Assembly (NCBI RefSeq): GCF_006345805.1
Contig: NC_043008.1
Location: 78,492,001 to 78,556,000, forward strand
Source: Octopus sinensis
Lineage: Eukaryota
DNA length: 64,000 nt
Direction of reading: 5' to 3'
The notes under the pieces were generated by a model. The model was not told the origin of the DNA, did no database searches, and worked only from the letters and a program-made list of their open reading frames with translations. Every line of letters begins with the position of its first letter. Positions within the stretch are counted from its first letter, which is position 1. Below are positions 36,349 to 50,888 of this stretch, one piece after another. The position numbers and the translations under genes were made by a program.

Positions 36349-37454
36349 CACAAGGGGACAATTTTGTACAATTTTTTTGTTTTCTTTTTCACTTGATTTG
36401 GACAATACTTGATATGTTGATTTCAAAACTACTCCATTTTCTTCTCACGTCAAGTTTATTTATTTTATAACCAAAAATTCATTTTCTTTTTTTTCTTTTT
36501 TTTTACCAAAAATGTCAATTTTGCCATTAAATTCAGTACTGAAATAAGAAACAAACACAAGCCAAATAGTACTTTTTGTGCACAAAATGTGTGATTACAC
36601 ATCTTAGTTTTTGTGAAACTGGAGTTTCAGCTACTCAAGATGTAAACCTTTTTTTTTTTTGCTGCTTTGCGTGAATAATTGCATCACAGCAGTTTCTTTG
36701 CAGAGACTTGGAGTAGTCAACCATCATATTTGTATTCAACTTGCCTAGGTTTCCATGACGCGGCGGAATCTTTCTCCTTGCTCATCACTTATTGCAGTAT
36801 GATTTTCAGGAAAGTTGTCAAGATAACCGTGCAGGAAATGCACTTTTACACTCATGTTCTTCATAATTATATGACTACCTGTTTCCCAGAAAATCAGACA
36901 CAACTGCAGCAAAAGTATTTCATGCTTCTTTTTTAACGCTAGACATGGTCTCCAAAAACTGTTTGTCCTGTAATAACCACCTAATCTGTGGCTCATCAAA
37001 AACACCAAACTTAATTTTCTCGCAAGGCAAAGCTGAAAATTTTCTACTTAAATATTTGAAACAATCACTGTCTTATTGTTTCAACACATGTTTTACACAT
37101 AATAAGGGGTGCCCAGGCTTTGTATTGATCACCCAGTTTCATGACAATGTAAGCTAAGCTAAATCTGGGAAATCGCTGCCTAGGTAAATTGTAACTCTCA
37201 CAAATATAGCAAAAGACATCGGGGTTGTTTCTGAATTTTTTTCTCTCACAATTGACCTTATTTTTTAAAATACAAAACATATATTCAATCCAACCTGGTG
37301 AAAGCATTTTCAGAATCGTTACCAGTTATAAAGTAAGCAAATGTAAATTTGTGATGGTAAAGTTCCATGAAAAACATACATACCATGAAATTCTTTCTAC
37401 AGTTTTTGGGGGGTTTTTTACCATGCTTGACAAAAAGTGACTTTGACCAATGTG
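36349..37454 (-). mobile_element. Internally deleted Chapaev3-like (CMC superfamily) DNA transposon
   Basis: NNPDVFCYIC, KLGDQYKAWAP..CKTC and MSVKVHFLHGYLDNFPEN..AISDEQGERF; CAC...GTG termini with weak TIRs. Family assignment is from motif recall. Confidence 0.65.
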
Positions 37455-37949
37455 ACCTCACAATTAAAATATTAAGGGCGCATTCAAAATATCGATGTTC
37501 ATAAGAAATAGTGAAAGTCTCATCAAAACATGTCTCACCTGGTTTGCAATGATAATCACAGTAATCCAAACGCAGACAAATTCCACAAATATGAGACGTG
37601 TATGATGTCAAGGACCCCAGAGATGTGTTGTTTAATAACATCTAATTGTATACAGGACATTTCTGTCATCATCATGACATTTAAAACTGGTTAGATTGAA
37701 AATAGTGAATGTTTCTCAAGTTTGGTGCTTTTTTCATTTATTTTTCACTGAAGATATATAAATCATGACATGTGTTTTCAATTTTTGTTGTGGAAGGATC
37801 CTGACCACCCCCACGTGACTGTAAGAGGAATAACACATTTCAATAAAATAAAGAACCTGTGTGAACTGTGAGTGGTTAATAGCGGTACAGTTGACAGCAT
37901 TAATCGTCCGTATTTTTACTGTGTTAATTTAGTATTGAAACTACGTTAA

Positions 37950-38715
37950 GGCGGCGAGCTGGCAGAATCGTTAGCACGCCGGGCGAAATGCGTAGCCGTA
38001 TTTCGTCTGCTTCTACGTTGTAAGTTCAAATTCCGCCGAGGTCGACTTTGCCTTTCATCCTTTCGGGGTCAATCAATTAAGTACCAGTTACGCACTGGGG
38101 TCGATGTAATCGACTTAATCCATTTATCTGTCTTTGTTTGTCCCCTCTGTGTTTAGCCCCTTGTGGGTAGTAAAGAAATAGGTATTTCGTCTGCCGCTAC
38201 GTTCTGAGTTCAAATTCCGCCGAGGTCGACTTTGCCTTTCATCTTTTCGGGGTCGATCAATTTAGTACCGGTTACGCACTGGGGTCGATGTAATCGACTT
38301 AATCCCTTTGTCTGTCCTTGTTTTCCCCTCTGCGTTTAGCCCCTTGTGGGTAGTAAAGAAATAGGTATTTCGTCTGCCGCTACGTTCTGAGTTCAAATTC
38401 TGCCGAGGTCGACTTTGCCTTTCATCCTTTCGGGGTCGATCAATTTAGTACCAGTTACACACTGGAGTCGATGTAATCGACTTAATCCCTTTGTCTGTCC
38501 TTGTTTGTCCCCTCTGTGTTTAGGCCCTTGTGGGTAGTAAAGGAATAGGTATTTCGCATGTCTGAACGTTCTGAGTTCAAATTCCGCCGAGGTCGACATT
38601 GCCTTTCATCCTTTGGGGGTCGATAAATTAAGTGCCAGTTGCGTACTGGGGTCCATCTAATCGACTGGTCCCCTCCCCAAACATTTCGGGTCTTGTGCTT
38701 AGAGTAGAAAAGAAT
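37950..38715 (+). mobile_element. Family B SINE with an internal tandem array of ~184-bp units (3 full + 1 with a different tail)
   Basis: gtatttcg unit starts at 37998, 38182, 38365 and 38549. Confidence 0.92.
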
Positions 38716-39059
38716 ATCGTCACTACGTTTGAAGTAGTATGGAATGCGTTCTGTGTAAAGATTCAACGAAAGGTAATTCTAGACAACCCTATCCAAATAT
38801 TTATTTGGGTAATACTACTCTTACACCCGACATGTACACTCACATCACAACACTTTTGTTGTTGCATTTACTTTAAATATATTGGGAAAACTGTTTTCAA
38901 AGTTATATCAAGCTCTATACATGGGTCTGCATTTGATAAAGTCAAATCTATCCTTAGAAATGGTGACACTACCGGAACAATGGGAATTTGAGTTTGTGAA
39001 ACATTTTGACATGGTAAAGCAAAATGGATTTCATCTTCTGAAATAATCACTGTTGCTGT

Positions 39060-39340
39060 TGTTGTTTTTGCTGTTGTCTCAATTTCAATTCCAATGTCTT
39101 TCAGTCTTTTAGGTAGTATTTCGGGTGCTGTGCAAAATGCACTAATTACAACAGGAATAAGTGTTGTCTTGGTCATTTACAGTCTCTTCAGCTCTCTGGC
39201 TAGATCCTGAAATTTCTAATTTTTTTCAATTTAATTGGTAACAATTCTGCTATTATAGGGAATAGAAAAATCTATGATCGTACATTGTTTATTTATCTTC
39301 TATAATCATATCTAATCTTCTTGCTTCAATAGTCTTTATG
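39060..39340 (-). pseudogene. RLE LINE C-terminal fragment
   Basis: TTLIPVVISAFCT.PEILPKRLKDIGI. Confidence 0.6.
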
Positions 39341-39419
39341 AAGAAGCCAATAACATCCAATAATTCTCATTTTCTATTACAGCCTCTGGTTCGTGTTGTT
39401 ATCATTTCACTCACAAGAG

Positions 39420-39630
39420 AAAAGACAAGAAAGATATGCAGGGAAATATACTTGGAAAATTCTGGAATATGTAGTATCCAACTTTGGGATTCCGACCACC
39501 TAAGTGGAAGTCCCGTCTTCCCCATCAAGAGAAAGGGCACGGTATTGTAACAGCTTAGGTTTCAAGGGCCTACAACTTTTCAACATTCTGCCAAAAACCT
39601 CAGAGATCTGCGAGGTGTAGATGCGGCTCG
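39420..39630 (+). pseudogene. CR1-clade LINE 3' fragment
   Basis: IYTWKILEYVVSNFGI...SLGFKGLQLFNILP..LRDLRGV. Confidence 0.6.
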
Positions 39631-40693
39631 AAGCAAAATATGTGTGTCTGTGTTTGTGTATATATACATACATATATTCATATGTTTATGTCTATATTTC
39701 TGTGTATATATATACGTGCGCCTGTGCACGCACATAAACGAACCCACCACACACACACAGACACACACACACAGACACACACACACATACACACACACAT
39801 ACACACACACACGCACACACATAGTGGATTCTCTGTCCAAGTTTTATAGACTTGAAATTTTGCCATGTCTAATAACTTTAATTACTTCTCTAATTGCGCG
39901 GACGCGATGCTTTTCCCGAGTAAATCGTATTAAAAAAATTAAAAAAAAGAAACATTTAAAAGTGGGAAATAAAAAATGCTTTCTTAGAAACTGAAAACAT
40001 AAATTTACAGCTGTTTTGCGGAGATAAAGAGTTTATTCTGAATAATTTCATTCGTGGAAATGTTGGACAACACAGCATTACATGTAAATAAACTATATTC
40101 TTTCATTGTTATCAATGATGTTAGCAAAAGTTGAGTTTCAGTTTTATTACATTCTATTGGCTGTAAGCCTATGATAATGTTTCAACATCTTGATATCTCT
40201 TTTTCAGATTGCTCCTTAAGAATCTTTTTCTGAATAATAATACATGCTTTAGGTGATAGAAAATCGCTCATAATTTTCGAGTCGTGAATAAAACAGCTTC
40301 GTACAGTCGTCATAGCAAAGCAAATATTTGGCAGAAATCTATTGATGGGATATTGCCAAATCTTAATCCCACCGAGTCCTTAAAGAGCAACTATGTGGAA
40401 TTTTGCCAAAGAACCAGAGTAAATTGAATACAACTATAGATAAATTGTAGTTATTATTTTTCGCTTTCCAAACGCCTCACAAGAAATGTCTGCTTAAAAT
40501 ACATTTGGGATAATATCTATAATACAGACACACATTTTATAACTTTTCCACACACACACACACACACACACACTATATATGTGTGTGTGCGTGTGGATAG
40601 AAAGAGAGGCAGACAGACAGGCAGACAGACAGACAGACAGACAGACAGATAGAGAGATAGATAGAGATATACATACATATATAAATTTGTGTG

Positions 40694-40762
<69 letters not shown>

Positions 40763-41750
40763 GGAGAGATGTATGTATGCATGTATATGATGTATTATGA
40801 TTGTATGTATGCATACATACCTATTTGTACATTTACATATATACATACGCACACAAATCACTTTTTTCTTTGGGCCAAAGTTCATATTTTTACTTAATAT
40901 GTACAAATCAATATATACAATTGGTTTACTGGTCTTGTAACATGTACGTGTTACAATAAAATACAGATATTTTTATAAACTTTTTTTGTTTATTACACGC
41001 ATATAACGCAGGCTGTGAATGTGAATATAACTTGTGTAACTTGTCCGTAAATTTGTAAGTAAAATCACAAATGTCATTCTTCGAAATACATACGGAAATA
41101 GTATGCTAGAAGGGTGTATTTCTCTAGTTTATTTTACTTTCTTTAAAGCCATTTCGGTTTTGTGTCTATACAATGACTACTATCCGTTAGGATAGATTAA
41201 TGAGTATGAAAATGATAGCTAATTACAATTGTAAACAAATTCTTAATATTGATTATTCAACAGAAAGGATTTGATGGAGAAATTTGCTGTACGTTGAGGA
41301 AAATATAGTTGAATACGAGTTATTCATAATAGTCGAAAACATGCTTAATTAGCAGCATTGCTTGATCTGCTGAGCTGTTACCCTAAACTCGTTATTTCTT
41401 TAACATCCTGACAATAGTCTTTCTTTGTAATATCTCTTACAATCTAATTAGAAATCCTCTACGCGAAACCCCCACACGGACTGAACACGTGTGATAATGT
41501 CTCGGCACATAGAAAAATGATGGAATGCCTTTGATCATACGTCTGCCCGATCAAGGTTGTCCTGATGCTAAACAATAACAAAACGAACACTGCTGCTGCT
41601 GCTACTTCTAAAACTACTATTAAAATAACCAGTTCTCTGGCATATTACCTTAAGCAACCTCACATGAAACATGCATCCATATGCTTTTAAATGCATAACA
41701 ACATACTTTTGTAAACTACTCGATCATTTTCTCTCCCCTCTTCCTCTCGA

Positions 41751-41803
<53 letters not shown>

Positions 41804-44789
41804 CTCTTTATATTTCACTATCTTTCGCTTTCTTTCTCAATATTTTGATCTATTGCTACAATAGATTACTGGAACTGGAAAGACACAGTACGCCTTCTAA
41901 GTTCAAGATAAACATAAATATAATTGCAAAATATCATCTGTGAATTGTTATTCTCCTCTCCACTCAATGTAAGAATGATTTTTAAATCTCTAAAACATAA
42001 TTACTGAAATAATTTGTATTGGCATTGTTAGGGAAAATACAAAGTAGCATGTTTTTAATTGTAACAGACCTAATAGAATTTTAATCAAATATAGCACTTT
42101 AATGAACATATTTCCTGAATCAGTTTATTTTCAGTAAGTCAGAATAAGAGAATGGCCATTAACTTTGCTGATCATTTCAAACTGGTCGATATTTTACTTA
42201 AGAATGTGTGGATCGATGTCTTCGTGGCAAACGTGAAGGAGTTATATTTTGGGGAGGAAAATATTGAATGATGTGTTTCAAGTGAAAGCTATAAATTGAG
42301 ATAAAGGGCGGCGGAGGAGACGTGTATATTGAGCGGGTTTCTGTGAAAAGGAAAGACAATCTGCTTGATCAGGTAAGCAGAAACTGATGTCCTTCTAGAA
42401 GAGGAAAAGAGAATCATAAATAGCTAACCTAGAAGAGCAGTGATTGCAGTATGATGGTGGGTTATCTGTCAATTAGTTGAAGGTATTTCATAAGGATTTG
42501 AAATACCTATACAAAAAATTAGTATTTCGACTTTGTTCGTTTCCGCTGTGGTCACCACCAGACTCTGCAGAAATACAGGAATAGGAGTGGACATCAATAA
42601 GAGCATGATATATCCAAACTGCAAACCCATACGACTCAGTACTGCATTTCGGAACGTTTAGTGTGGTCCTCTGTCAGATATAGCAGATATATAAAAGGAT
42701 ATAACTGAAGAAGGACAATTGGGTAAATCCTCATCGTTCGGCTGACTATTTTTGTTTGAATACTGCTACCCTGAAGCGATAACAAAAATATATACCTTAG
42801 TTGATATTTTGTAAATTGAATCTAGAAGCCCGTAAAATTGCAGATCACAACAACTAGCCTGTATGCACAAGCCACAAAATGTTATTGAGCGCTGGTAGTG
42901 GGATAATACTGAACTGAAATCTACACGAGACAAGACTTGGCAAAAAATGACATCGTTAGATTCACAACCAGAAAAGTCTATGATTTCCCTCATTCAGTTT
43001 TGAATTACCTCGGGTGGTAGGAAATGGGGAGAGATAAATGTGTTTATAGTGAAACAGAAGCAACCAATTTTATAACTATACTAATCTCTATCATCAATAT
43101 TATGAAATAAAAAAATCAGAATAAAATTACGTAAGTACGAAGGTAGAATATTTGTATCGAATGTTCTCGTTCACCACAGTTCTGATAGTCCACTCGGACT
43201 AGTTCTTTGGCGATGGCCATCATTGACTTTCCGAGATCATTATCGATCATGTTTTGAACTCATTGGATGACTTGCGATGTTCTTATAATGTCCAAATATT
43301 TAGAATTTTTCTGTCTGTGATACATTTGAAACACACATTTGGACTTTGCCTACAAAAATATTATGTCACGTTTAGAAAACTGGCAGTTTCTAAATCATTG
43401 CGGTCCGTACATATGGCAACGATGACTGCATACCTCTTGATTTCTTGCGTTAACATTTTACTTGGCATGGTAGCGGTGTCTGACAGAAATAAAACCCTTT
43501 AAACTGGTTAGAAGAGTAATATACTGATAATTAAGTTTACTGAAATAACCCCGCTCCATCCTGTATAATATAGGTGAAACAGGCGGTAGCACATTTTATG
43601 TGGCTTGAAAAATGAGTTTGCTAAATCAAAGCTGAAGTGATGTGGAGAAGAGATAAATATTCAATAATACGTGAATCAACCATACAGAATGAAAGAGTGA
43701 CAACTCAAAATTCAAAAGACTGTATTTCAATTGGATTGACTCACTGAAAAAGACACGATTAATTAAGATCAGAAATAGGCAATATACAGTGGGGTAAGGT
43801 GTTGTTTGGCAGATATCGTGACGATGTTTTGAGAGGAAGAATAGAATAACCGTTGCCGAATAGAATTGACAATACGTACATAATGGTGAAAGGAAAATTA
43901 ATCTGATTCTTGGCATAGCGAATTTATTTTCTTTGAATATATCTACTTACAATTTCCGTTGAACTTACGCAAAATTAATTAGTACTTTATCAATGAAGAT
44001 TAATTGACACAGTCATGTTGTTTGATGATTCTTTCAGCCTAGTTTAATGCCTTTCATTGACACTTGAGTAATTATGATGTAAAAACTGTGAAACATTTCA
44101 ATTTACATCTTTTTATTAGCCATGTAACAATGTAACAGAACCATAAGGTACTGAACTATATGTTTCAAAAATGAAGAATCGCAAAATTTCCATTAAAATC
44201 AAGTCGGTAAAGATACAAGGCTATAATAAATAAAGTAATGAGCTGAAAATCATTAAAGTATTATCAACTTGATAGACTTTACGAAATAAAAATCATAAAA
44301 ATCACTATGGACGATACATTAAAGCAGTCACACTTAAACACTTTCATCAGTTGAATGGGACATGAGAGGGATTAAATGATTAAAGCGTAAATGGGAAAAC
44401 TTACTATTAATGTATGATCCAACACCAATTCTCTAGACACAACTCACCTTATTTATCTCGTGTACTTCATTATTCTTTTATTACATCCAGTCATTGTACT
44501 GAGGTCGTGCTGCAGTACCAGCTTAAGAGGTGTAATACCAACACTAGTGTTTTGTCTAGTACTTTATTATATCGAAATTAAAAGACGAATAGGCGTAAAG
44601 AGTGACAAAGGAGATGGATTGAATTACTACAAAGTAATTTGTATAGAAAGAATACCAAGTAGTATTTGTTCTGGCTTGTGTTCTAGCTCGTGCACTCTCA
44701 GTTTAAAACCTGCTGAGGTCAAGTTACCCTTTCATCTCTCCGGAGTCGATAAGTACAAGATCATACTACCGCGCGCACACACGTGTATA

Positions 44790-44821
<32 letters not shown>

Positions 44822-45028
44822 CACGCTTGTGCGCGTGCATGTCTGCGTGTATGTGTGTGTGTGTATAGATTAGTGTGAGTATGTAGTCTATATAACGCCT
44901 GCAAGCACCTATATTGTCAATTATTTACATCTACCGCAGACAATAATAACAATAATAATATCTATACGAATGTTCGCATTATATTTATGTATGCGCGCGC
45001 GTGTGTGTGTGTGTGCGTGCGTGTGTGT

Positions 45029-45076
<48 letters not shown>

Positions 45077-45399
45077 AACGTTTATGAATTTGCTTTGGAA
45101 GATTGAAATCGTGTGCTGAAACAGACATTGTTATATTTCGGGACGGTCATTTATTTTTTTTTTTTACCAAATAAACATGCGCACTATATATTTGTTCTTC
45201 ACTTCACAACAACTAAAGCTTGGAGTTTCTGGAAACGTGCATAGCAATTAATGGATTTATGGATTTTCATCCAAAAGTTTTTGAAATTGCTATACATATA
45301 TATGTTTAGTTCACGCTAGATATGAAACCAATAGTTTTTTTTTCTAAAACTGTTACTTTACACATACAGAAATATATATATACACCTCACGTTCCCGGT

Positions 45400-46090
45400 A
45401 AGCAATATTTAGCGCCTAGAAGAGGAAGGAACCCCAACCATAATCAAATGGAAGTTCTTTGAGCAACCGGAGTCTTATGTGAACAGGAGCAGACGTTGTT
45501 TGGCAGAGAGGACAAGAATTCTAAAAAAAATCTTGCTTGATCTGGGAACCTATTTTAACTCTAAGAAAGATGTTTTTAGTCAGTATTCTCATCTTAAACG
45601 TGCCCTCCTACAAGCTTGGAACCTCCTAGATGTTGGATCAAAAACTTCTTAGAACACCATCACAGAAGAGCCGGAATATTTGATAAATTAACAATAGCAG
45701 CATAACTGTGTGATCTTACCCTTTGTACTTAACTCTAAAACTGTTTGTTGAACAAAGTTAACACATAAGCTCTTTCTTGGAAATAGGGGCGAGATGCTTC
45801 GCTATCTGATCCCCTCTACCTCATACTCCAAGCTCCTTCATTGCTATAAATCTCTTTTAACCCTACCTACCCATATCATTGCCCTATTTTCTCCTATAAC
45901 ACTTCCAGACAAAACTAATTCATTATATGACCTGCAAGAGTAATAGAAGAATGAAGTGCACATCCTGTTGGATTTTAAATGTTTTTGAATGTTGTGGTTC
46001 TTGTACCCATCTCATGTAAATATTTTTCTAATGATGTAATGTCTTCATTAATCGATTAAAAATTCGTTGGAAACAGTTGTAGGGAATTGA
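45400..46090 (+). mobile_element. Penelope-like element 3' remnant (GIY-YIG C-terminus plus pseudo-LTR)
   Basis: IIKWKFFEQPESY....RCLAERTRIL...FNSKKDVFSQYSH; degenerate hammerhead at 46023-46086 (CTAATGA...GAAACAGTTGTA). Confidence 0.6.
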
Positions 46091-46216
46091 CACAGTATCC
46101 ATGTATTAGTATATATATCCATGTATCCATGTATCTACAGTATCCATGTATTAGTATATATATATATATATATACATAAATATGAGAGAGCGACCACTAT
46201 GTGGTCTACTCTAGTG

Positions 46217-46267
<51 letters not shown>

Positions 46268-46321
46268 CGTAATAAGATTAAAAAAACAAGGCTGTGTAGA
46301 TATTAGAGCATTTATAGATAG

Positions 46322-46373
46322 GTCTTACAGCTGTTTCTTGGATATTCATCAATTATATCCCTTCATCGGAGAC
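46322..46373 (-). ncRNA. Hammerhead motif with one core substitution (Penelope pseudo-LTR remnant)
   Basis: gtct-CCGATGA-agggata...tatccaa-GAAA-CAGCTG-TA-agac. Confidence 0.6.
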
Positions 46374-46470
46374 GGTGTGAGGGGATAGTTAAGTCATAGT
46401 TTAAAAGTGATACAAAATAGAGAGTGAGGCGGAGGAAATAAAATTGATGCAAGATATGTATGGATATATA

Positions 46471-46521
<51 letters not shown>

Positions 46522-46833
46522 AAACCACAGGGGGTCCAGCAGACCAACAGAAATAACACTTCTTCACTCTCAGATATAAATGCGCACACACACACACACA
46601 CACGCACACACACACACACACACACATACACACATATTTTCTCTCTGTCTCACTTCCTCCTCACCCACTACTACGAAACTATAAAAAGGTTCAAACTACC
46701 CACAACTGATTTGATTTGAAAACCCACTAGAATGGGAGCAAGCGCTAATCCGAATGATATGATATATATGTAAAAAATGTAATATATAAATAAATATCTA
46801 CAAATATGAACCATCTGATCTGATTACCTCAAT

Positions 46834-46886
<53 letters not shown>

Positions 46887-47116
46887 TTATATATACCATG
46901 GACTCTCCCGTCGTTAGACAACGTATGAGAGTTCGGCAATTTCTTGCCGCACAACCACACAAATGAGTTGTTTATAGTGGTCAAATGTTTGTGTACACAT
47001 AAGCCTACTCCCACTCCCTCTATCAAATCGACTTTACCTGTACAAGTGCACCATGTGCCACATGTTGGATAAGGAAAGGAAATGATCGCAGAGCAACATG
47101 AAATGAAGTGCTTTTC

Positions 47117-47518
47117 TTTCTGTTATTCTTTTACTTGTTCCAGTGATTTGACTGCGGCTATGCTGCAGCACCACCTTTAGTCGATCAAATCGATCCCAGG
47201 ACTCATTCTTTGTAAGCCTAGTATTTATTCTATCGGTCTCTTTTACCGAACAAGCTAAGTAACGGCGAAATACACACACCAGCATCGGTTGTCAAGCGAT
47301 GGTGGGGAGACAAATACAGACACACAATCATATATACACACAGACACACACAAACACACACACGGGCTTCTTTCAGTTACCATCTACAATATCCACTCAC
47401 AAGACTTTGGTCGGCCCGAGGCTATAGTAGAAGACACTCGCCCAAGGTGCCACGCCGTAGGATTGAATCCGGAACCATATGGTTGGTTAGCAAGCTACTT
47501 ATCACACAGCCACTCCTG
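47117..47518 (-). mobile_element. Family A SINE
   Basis: Reverse complement of 1169-1597. Confidence 0.85.
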
Positions 47519-47722
47519 GAAATCGAAGCTACGAGTGCAACATCCTATCCACTAAGCTATGCGTCTTCGCAATATATATGTAGCGGGTATGATTCTTGGC
47601 CACTACTTCTGGTCTGATCTGAGAGTAGTTCTAAAAAGGACTGTTATCGCATTCGAGAGTAGCCCTTAAAAGGACGGTTATCGCAATTAGATCCGATCCA
47701 AGAATAGTCCTAAAAAGGACTG

Positions 47723-50700
47723 TTATGATGGCTTTTTTAATCTGTCCACACTGACAGAATTCTGTTTACCATTTTGATCGATGACAAAATATTTTGGGTG
47801 TGTTTCTATAACACGGTAAGGGCCAGAATATGGAGGTTGAAGATTAGTGGAGATGGTGTCATTTCTAAGAAAAACGTGCGTCCAATCGCTAATGTCTGCA
47901 GGTACATGTGTGTTCGTGTTCTGTTGACGGGTGCTCGCAGGGGCAAGGTGAGACATGTATTGACGAAGTCGGTGTACGTATGATCCTGAGTCTGGAACGT
48001 CCTGAGGAGAGATGGGAGCAACAATCTGACCAGGTAGAACCAGGGTGGTGCCGTACACTAATTCTGCAGGTGTGTGTCCGAATTGTTCCTTAACGGTGGA
48101 ACGGATGCCAAGAAGGATGAGTGGCAGGTATTCAAACCAGTGGGTCTTGTCTGGGTACGCCTTTATTGCAGCTTTCAATTGACGATGAAATCTTTCCACA
48201 AGACCATTAGCTTGCGGGTGATAAGCTGTTGTGCGGATGTGTTTACATCCTAACAGATGAGTCAGTTCCCTGAAGAGATGGGAATCAAATTGGCGTCCTC
48301 TGTCCGTTGTTATATTCGCTGGGGCGCCATAACGTGATACCCAGTGTAAAACCAAAGTTTAGCCACTGTTTCCGCTGAGGTATCACTGATAGGAAAAGCC
48401 TCAGGCCAACGGGAAAAACGATCAATGCAGGTGAGCAAGTGAGTGCAGTTCTATGATGATGGTGAAGGTCCGACGATGTCGATATGCACATGCTGAAAAC
48501 GTGCATTAGGCTGCGCGAATGTGCCGAGTGGCGTTTTGATGTGTCTGTGGACTTTGGCTTTCTGGCAGGCAATGCAGCTCCTGGACCAGTTGCGCACGTC
48601 CTTGTTAATGTTGGTCCACACAAAACGAGCAGAAATGAGTTTCTGTGTAGCCCGGATTCCCGGGTGAGACAAACAGTGTAATGCAGAAAAAACATGTTGT
48701 CGATGCATCTGTGGTACGTACGGTCATTCATGACCAGTAGAAATGTCGCACCAAATTTGTCCCGGAGAAGAAGAAATGGGAACTTGCTGAAACTTGAGGG
48801 ATGGCGAATCTCGGAGTTTGATAAACTCTTCGTCAGTCTCTTGGTCAGCTGCAATTTGAAGAAGGTCGATGCCTGAATCCACATGTATTGCGTTCAGCTG
48901 GATTGGGGACAGAGCGTCAGCTGCTACGTTGTCTGATCCCTTGATATACCGAATATCGGTTGAATATTGGGAGACAAAGTCCAAGTGGCGAAGTTCTCTC
49001 GGTGAATGTCATTCCGGTTTGGTACGGCACGCATAAACTAGTGGTTTATGGTCTGTGTAGATCACGAAATCCGATCCTTCGAGCATGTGACGAAAATGCT
49101 TCACTGAAAGGTAGGTTGCCAAGAGTTCACGGCCGAACGTACTATATTTGGTTTCAGTGGGTTGCAACCGTTTAGAAAAGAAGGATAGGGGTTGCCAAAC
49201 GCCGTCGACATATTGTTGCAAAACGCCTCCAACCCCCATGTCTGATGCGTCCACTAGCAGCGAAAGAAGAGTGCCAGACCTGGGGAAAACGAGCATGAAA
49301 GCGTTTGCCAGCATTTCTTTCAGACCGTTGAAAGATGTTAATTCTTCCTCGTTCAACGTTATGTCTTCATTTTTCCGAGTCCGGTTACGAAGAAGGTCCG
49401 TGAGGAGTCGGGCTGCGTCAGCACAATGAGGGATGAAACGCCTATAAAAATTAACCAAACCGAGGAATTCATGTAGTTTCCGAAGTGATGTAGGTGCTGG
49501 AAAATTGCGGATAGCGTCAGGACGTGGACGAATACCGTCTTTATCAATCATGTGCCCGAGAAAGGACAGTGAAGGAACGCCGAGAACGCACTTGCTTGGG
49601 TTGATGATGATGCCGTACTCGGCCAAACGTTGGAACAGAAGATCCAAGTGCTTCTCGTGTTCTTGCTCAGAAGTACTTGCTACTAGTACATCGTTGATAT
49701 ACGCGTACACAAAAGGTAGGTCACGTAATACGGTGTCAATGAACCGTTGAAAAGTTTGTGCAGCGTTGCGCAGACCGAACGGCATTCACAGGAATTCGAA
49801 TAAACCGAACGGTGTTGTGATTGCCGTCTTTGGAATATCAGCAGGCTCCACAGGTATCTGGTTATATGCCCGCACCAAATCTATCTTAGAAAAGATGCGT
49901 GCGCCTTGCAGAGAGGCAGAAAAATCGTGCAAGTGAGATACAGGGTAATTATCGGGCACTGTGGTATTGTTGAGTGCACGATAATCCCCACATGGTCGCC
50001 AGTCGTTCTCTGTTTTTTGGGGAACAAGGTGTAGAGGTGCAGACCAGTTGCTGGAGGAAGGGCGAATGATTCCAAGGTCCAGCATATGCTGAAATTCCTG
50101 TTTGGCGATTCGCAATCGGTCTGGAGGTAGTCTCCTTGGTCGGGAAGCTGTGGGTGGTCCTCGTGTCTCGATGTGATGTGTGACACGATGTTTAATGGGT
50201 CCATCTTTACATACCGGGCATTTCTGGAGAATGCTGTTGTAACGCGAAGGCTCTAACTGACAGATTACAGGGCTCACTGTCGGTTGCGTGGTAAATATAC
50301 CTCTCACAGTGAGGTTTGTGGTGGTGTCAATAAGCCTCCGGTTCTTCATGTCCACCAGAAGGTTGAAGTGGTGGAGAAAATCGGTTCCTAAGATAGGGGT
50401 CGGTAGGTCTGCCACGACGAAGATGAACTGGAAACGACACCTCAGGCCTAGATTCAGGGTCAGTGATTTCTCACCGAAAGTCAGAATCGACGATCGGTTC
50501 ACTGCCTGCAGAAAGGACGGTGTTGGATGTCGTTTGCCCAAGACTAGTGAAACAGGAATAACACAAACCTGGGCTCCTGTATCCACGAGATAGCGGATGC
50601 CCGTCGCTTGGTCGTTAATAAAAAACAGGCGATTTTTTTTCTCAGTACCAGGGGTGAACGTCGTCGCTAGGCCCTGGTCTGCCCGTTTCCCTGGGTGGTA

Positions 50701-50800
50701 TTCAGGAAAGAGCACGGGGCCTTGCACTTAGATGCTCATGCGCCGAATTCTGCGTGATACCAGCAGATGTTGCCAGACACACGATTTTGACTGGGACTTC
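47723..50800 (-). pseudogene. Gypsy gag C-terminus and pol (protease, RT, RNase H, integrase), disrupted
   Basis: CWYHAEFG (gag), [28 protein letters not shown] (from YIDD), VDAS, H2C2 zinc finger, TDRGRQF...[12 protein letters not shown]. Confidence 0.93.
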
Positions 50801-50888
50801 TGGATCTTCGACGGTGAGTGGACCTTGATGAACTGTTGCTGCGCCGCCGGTGTGAGTGCAAGTGAGTACAATTGGTCTGATCTGAGAG

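Noticed and set aside
39900-45300. Possible host exons in the least repetitive stretch
   Set aside because: No recognisable protein motif or convincing splice-bounded ORF. Only faint RTE-like (43.7-43.9 kb) and Penelope-like (42.3-42.4 kb) traces are visible. Small exons cannot be excluded without RNA-seq.
47720-50880. Spliced subgenomic RNA as the origin of the gypsy deletions
   Set aside because: The inferred deleted segments do not start with GT or end with AG at the junctions that can be checked.
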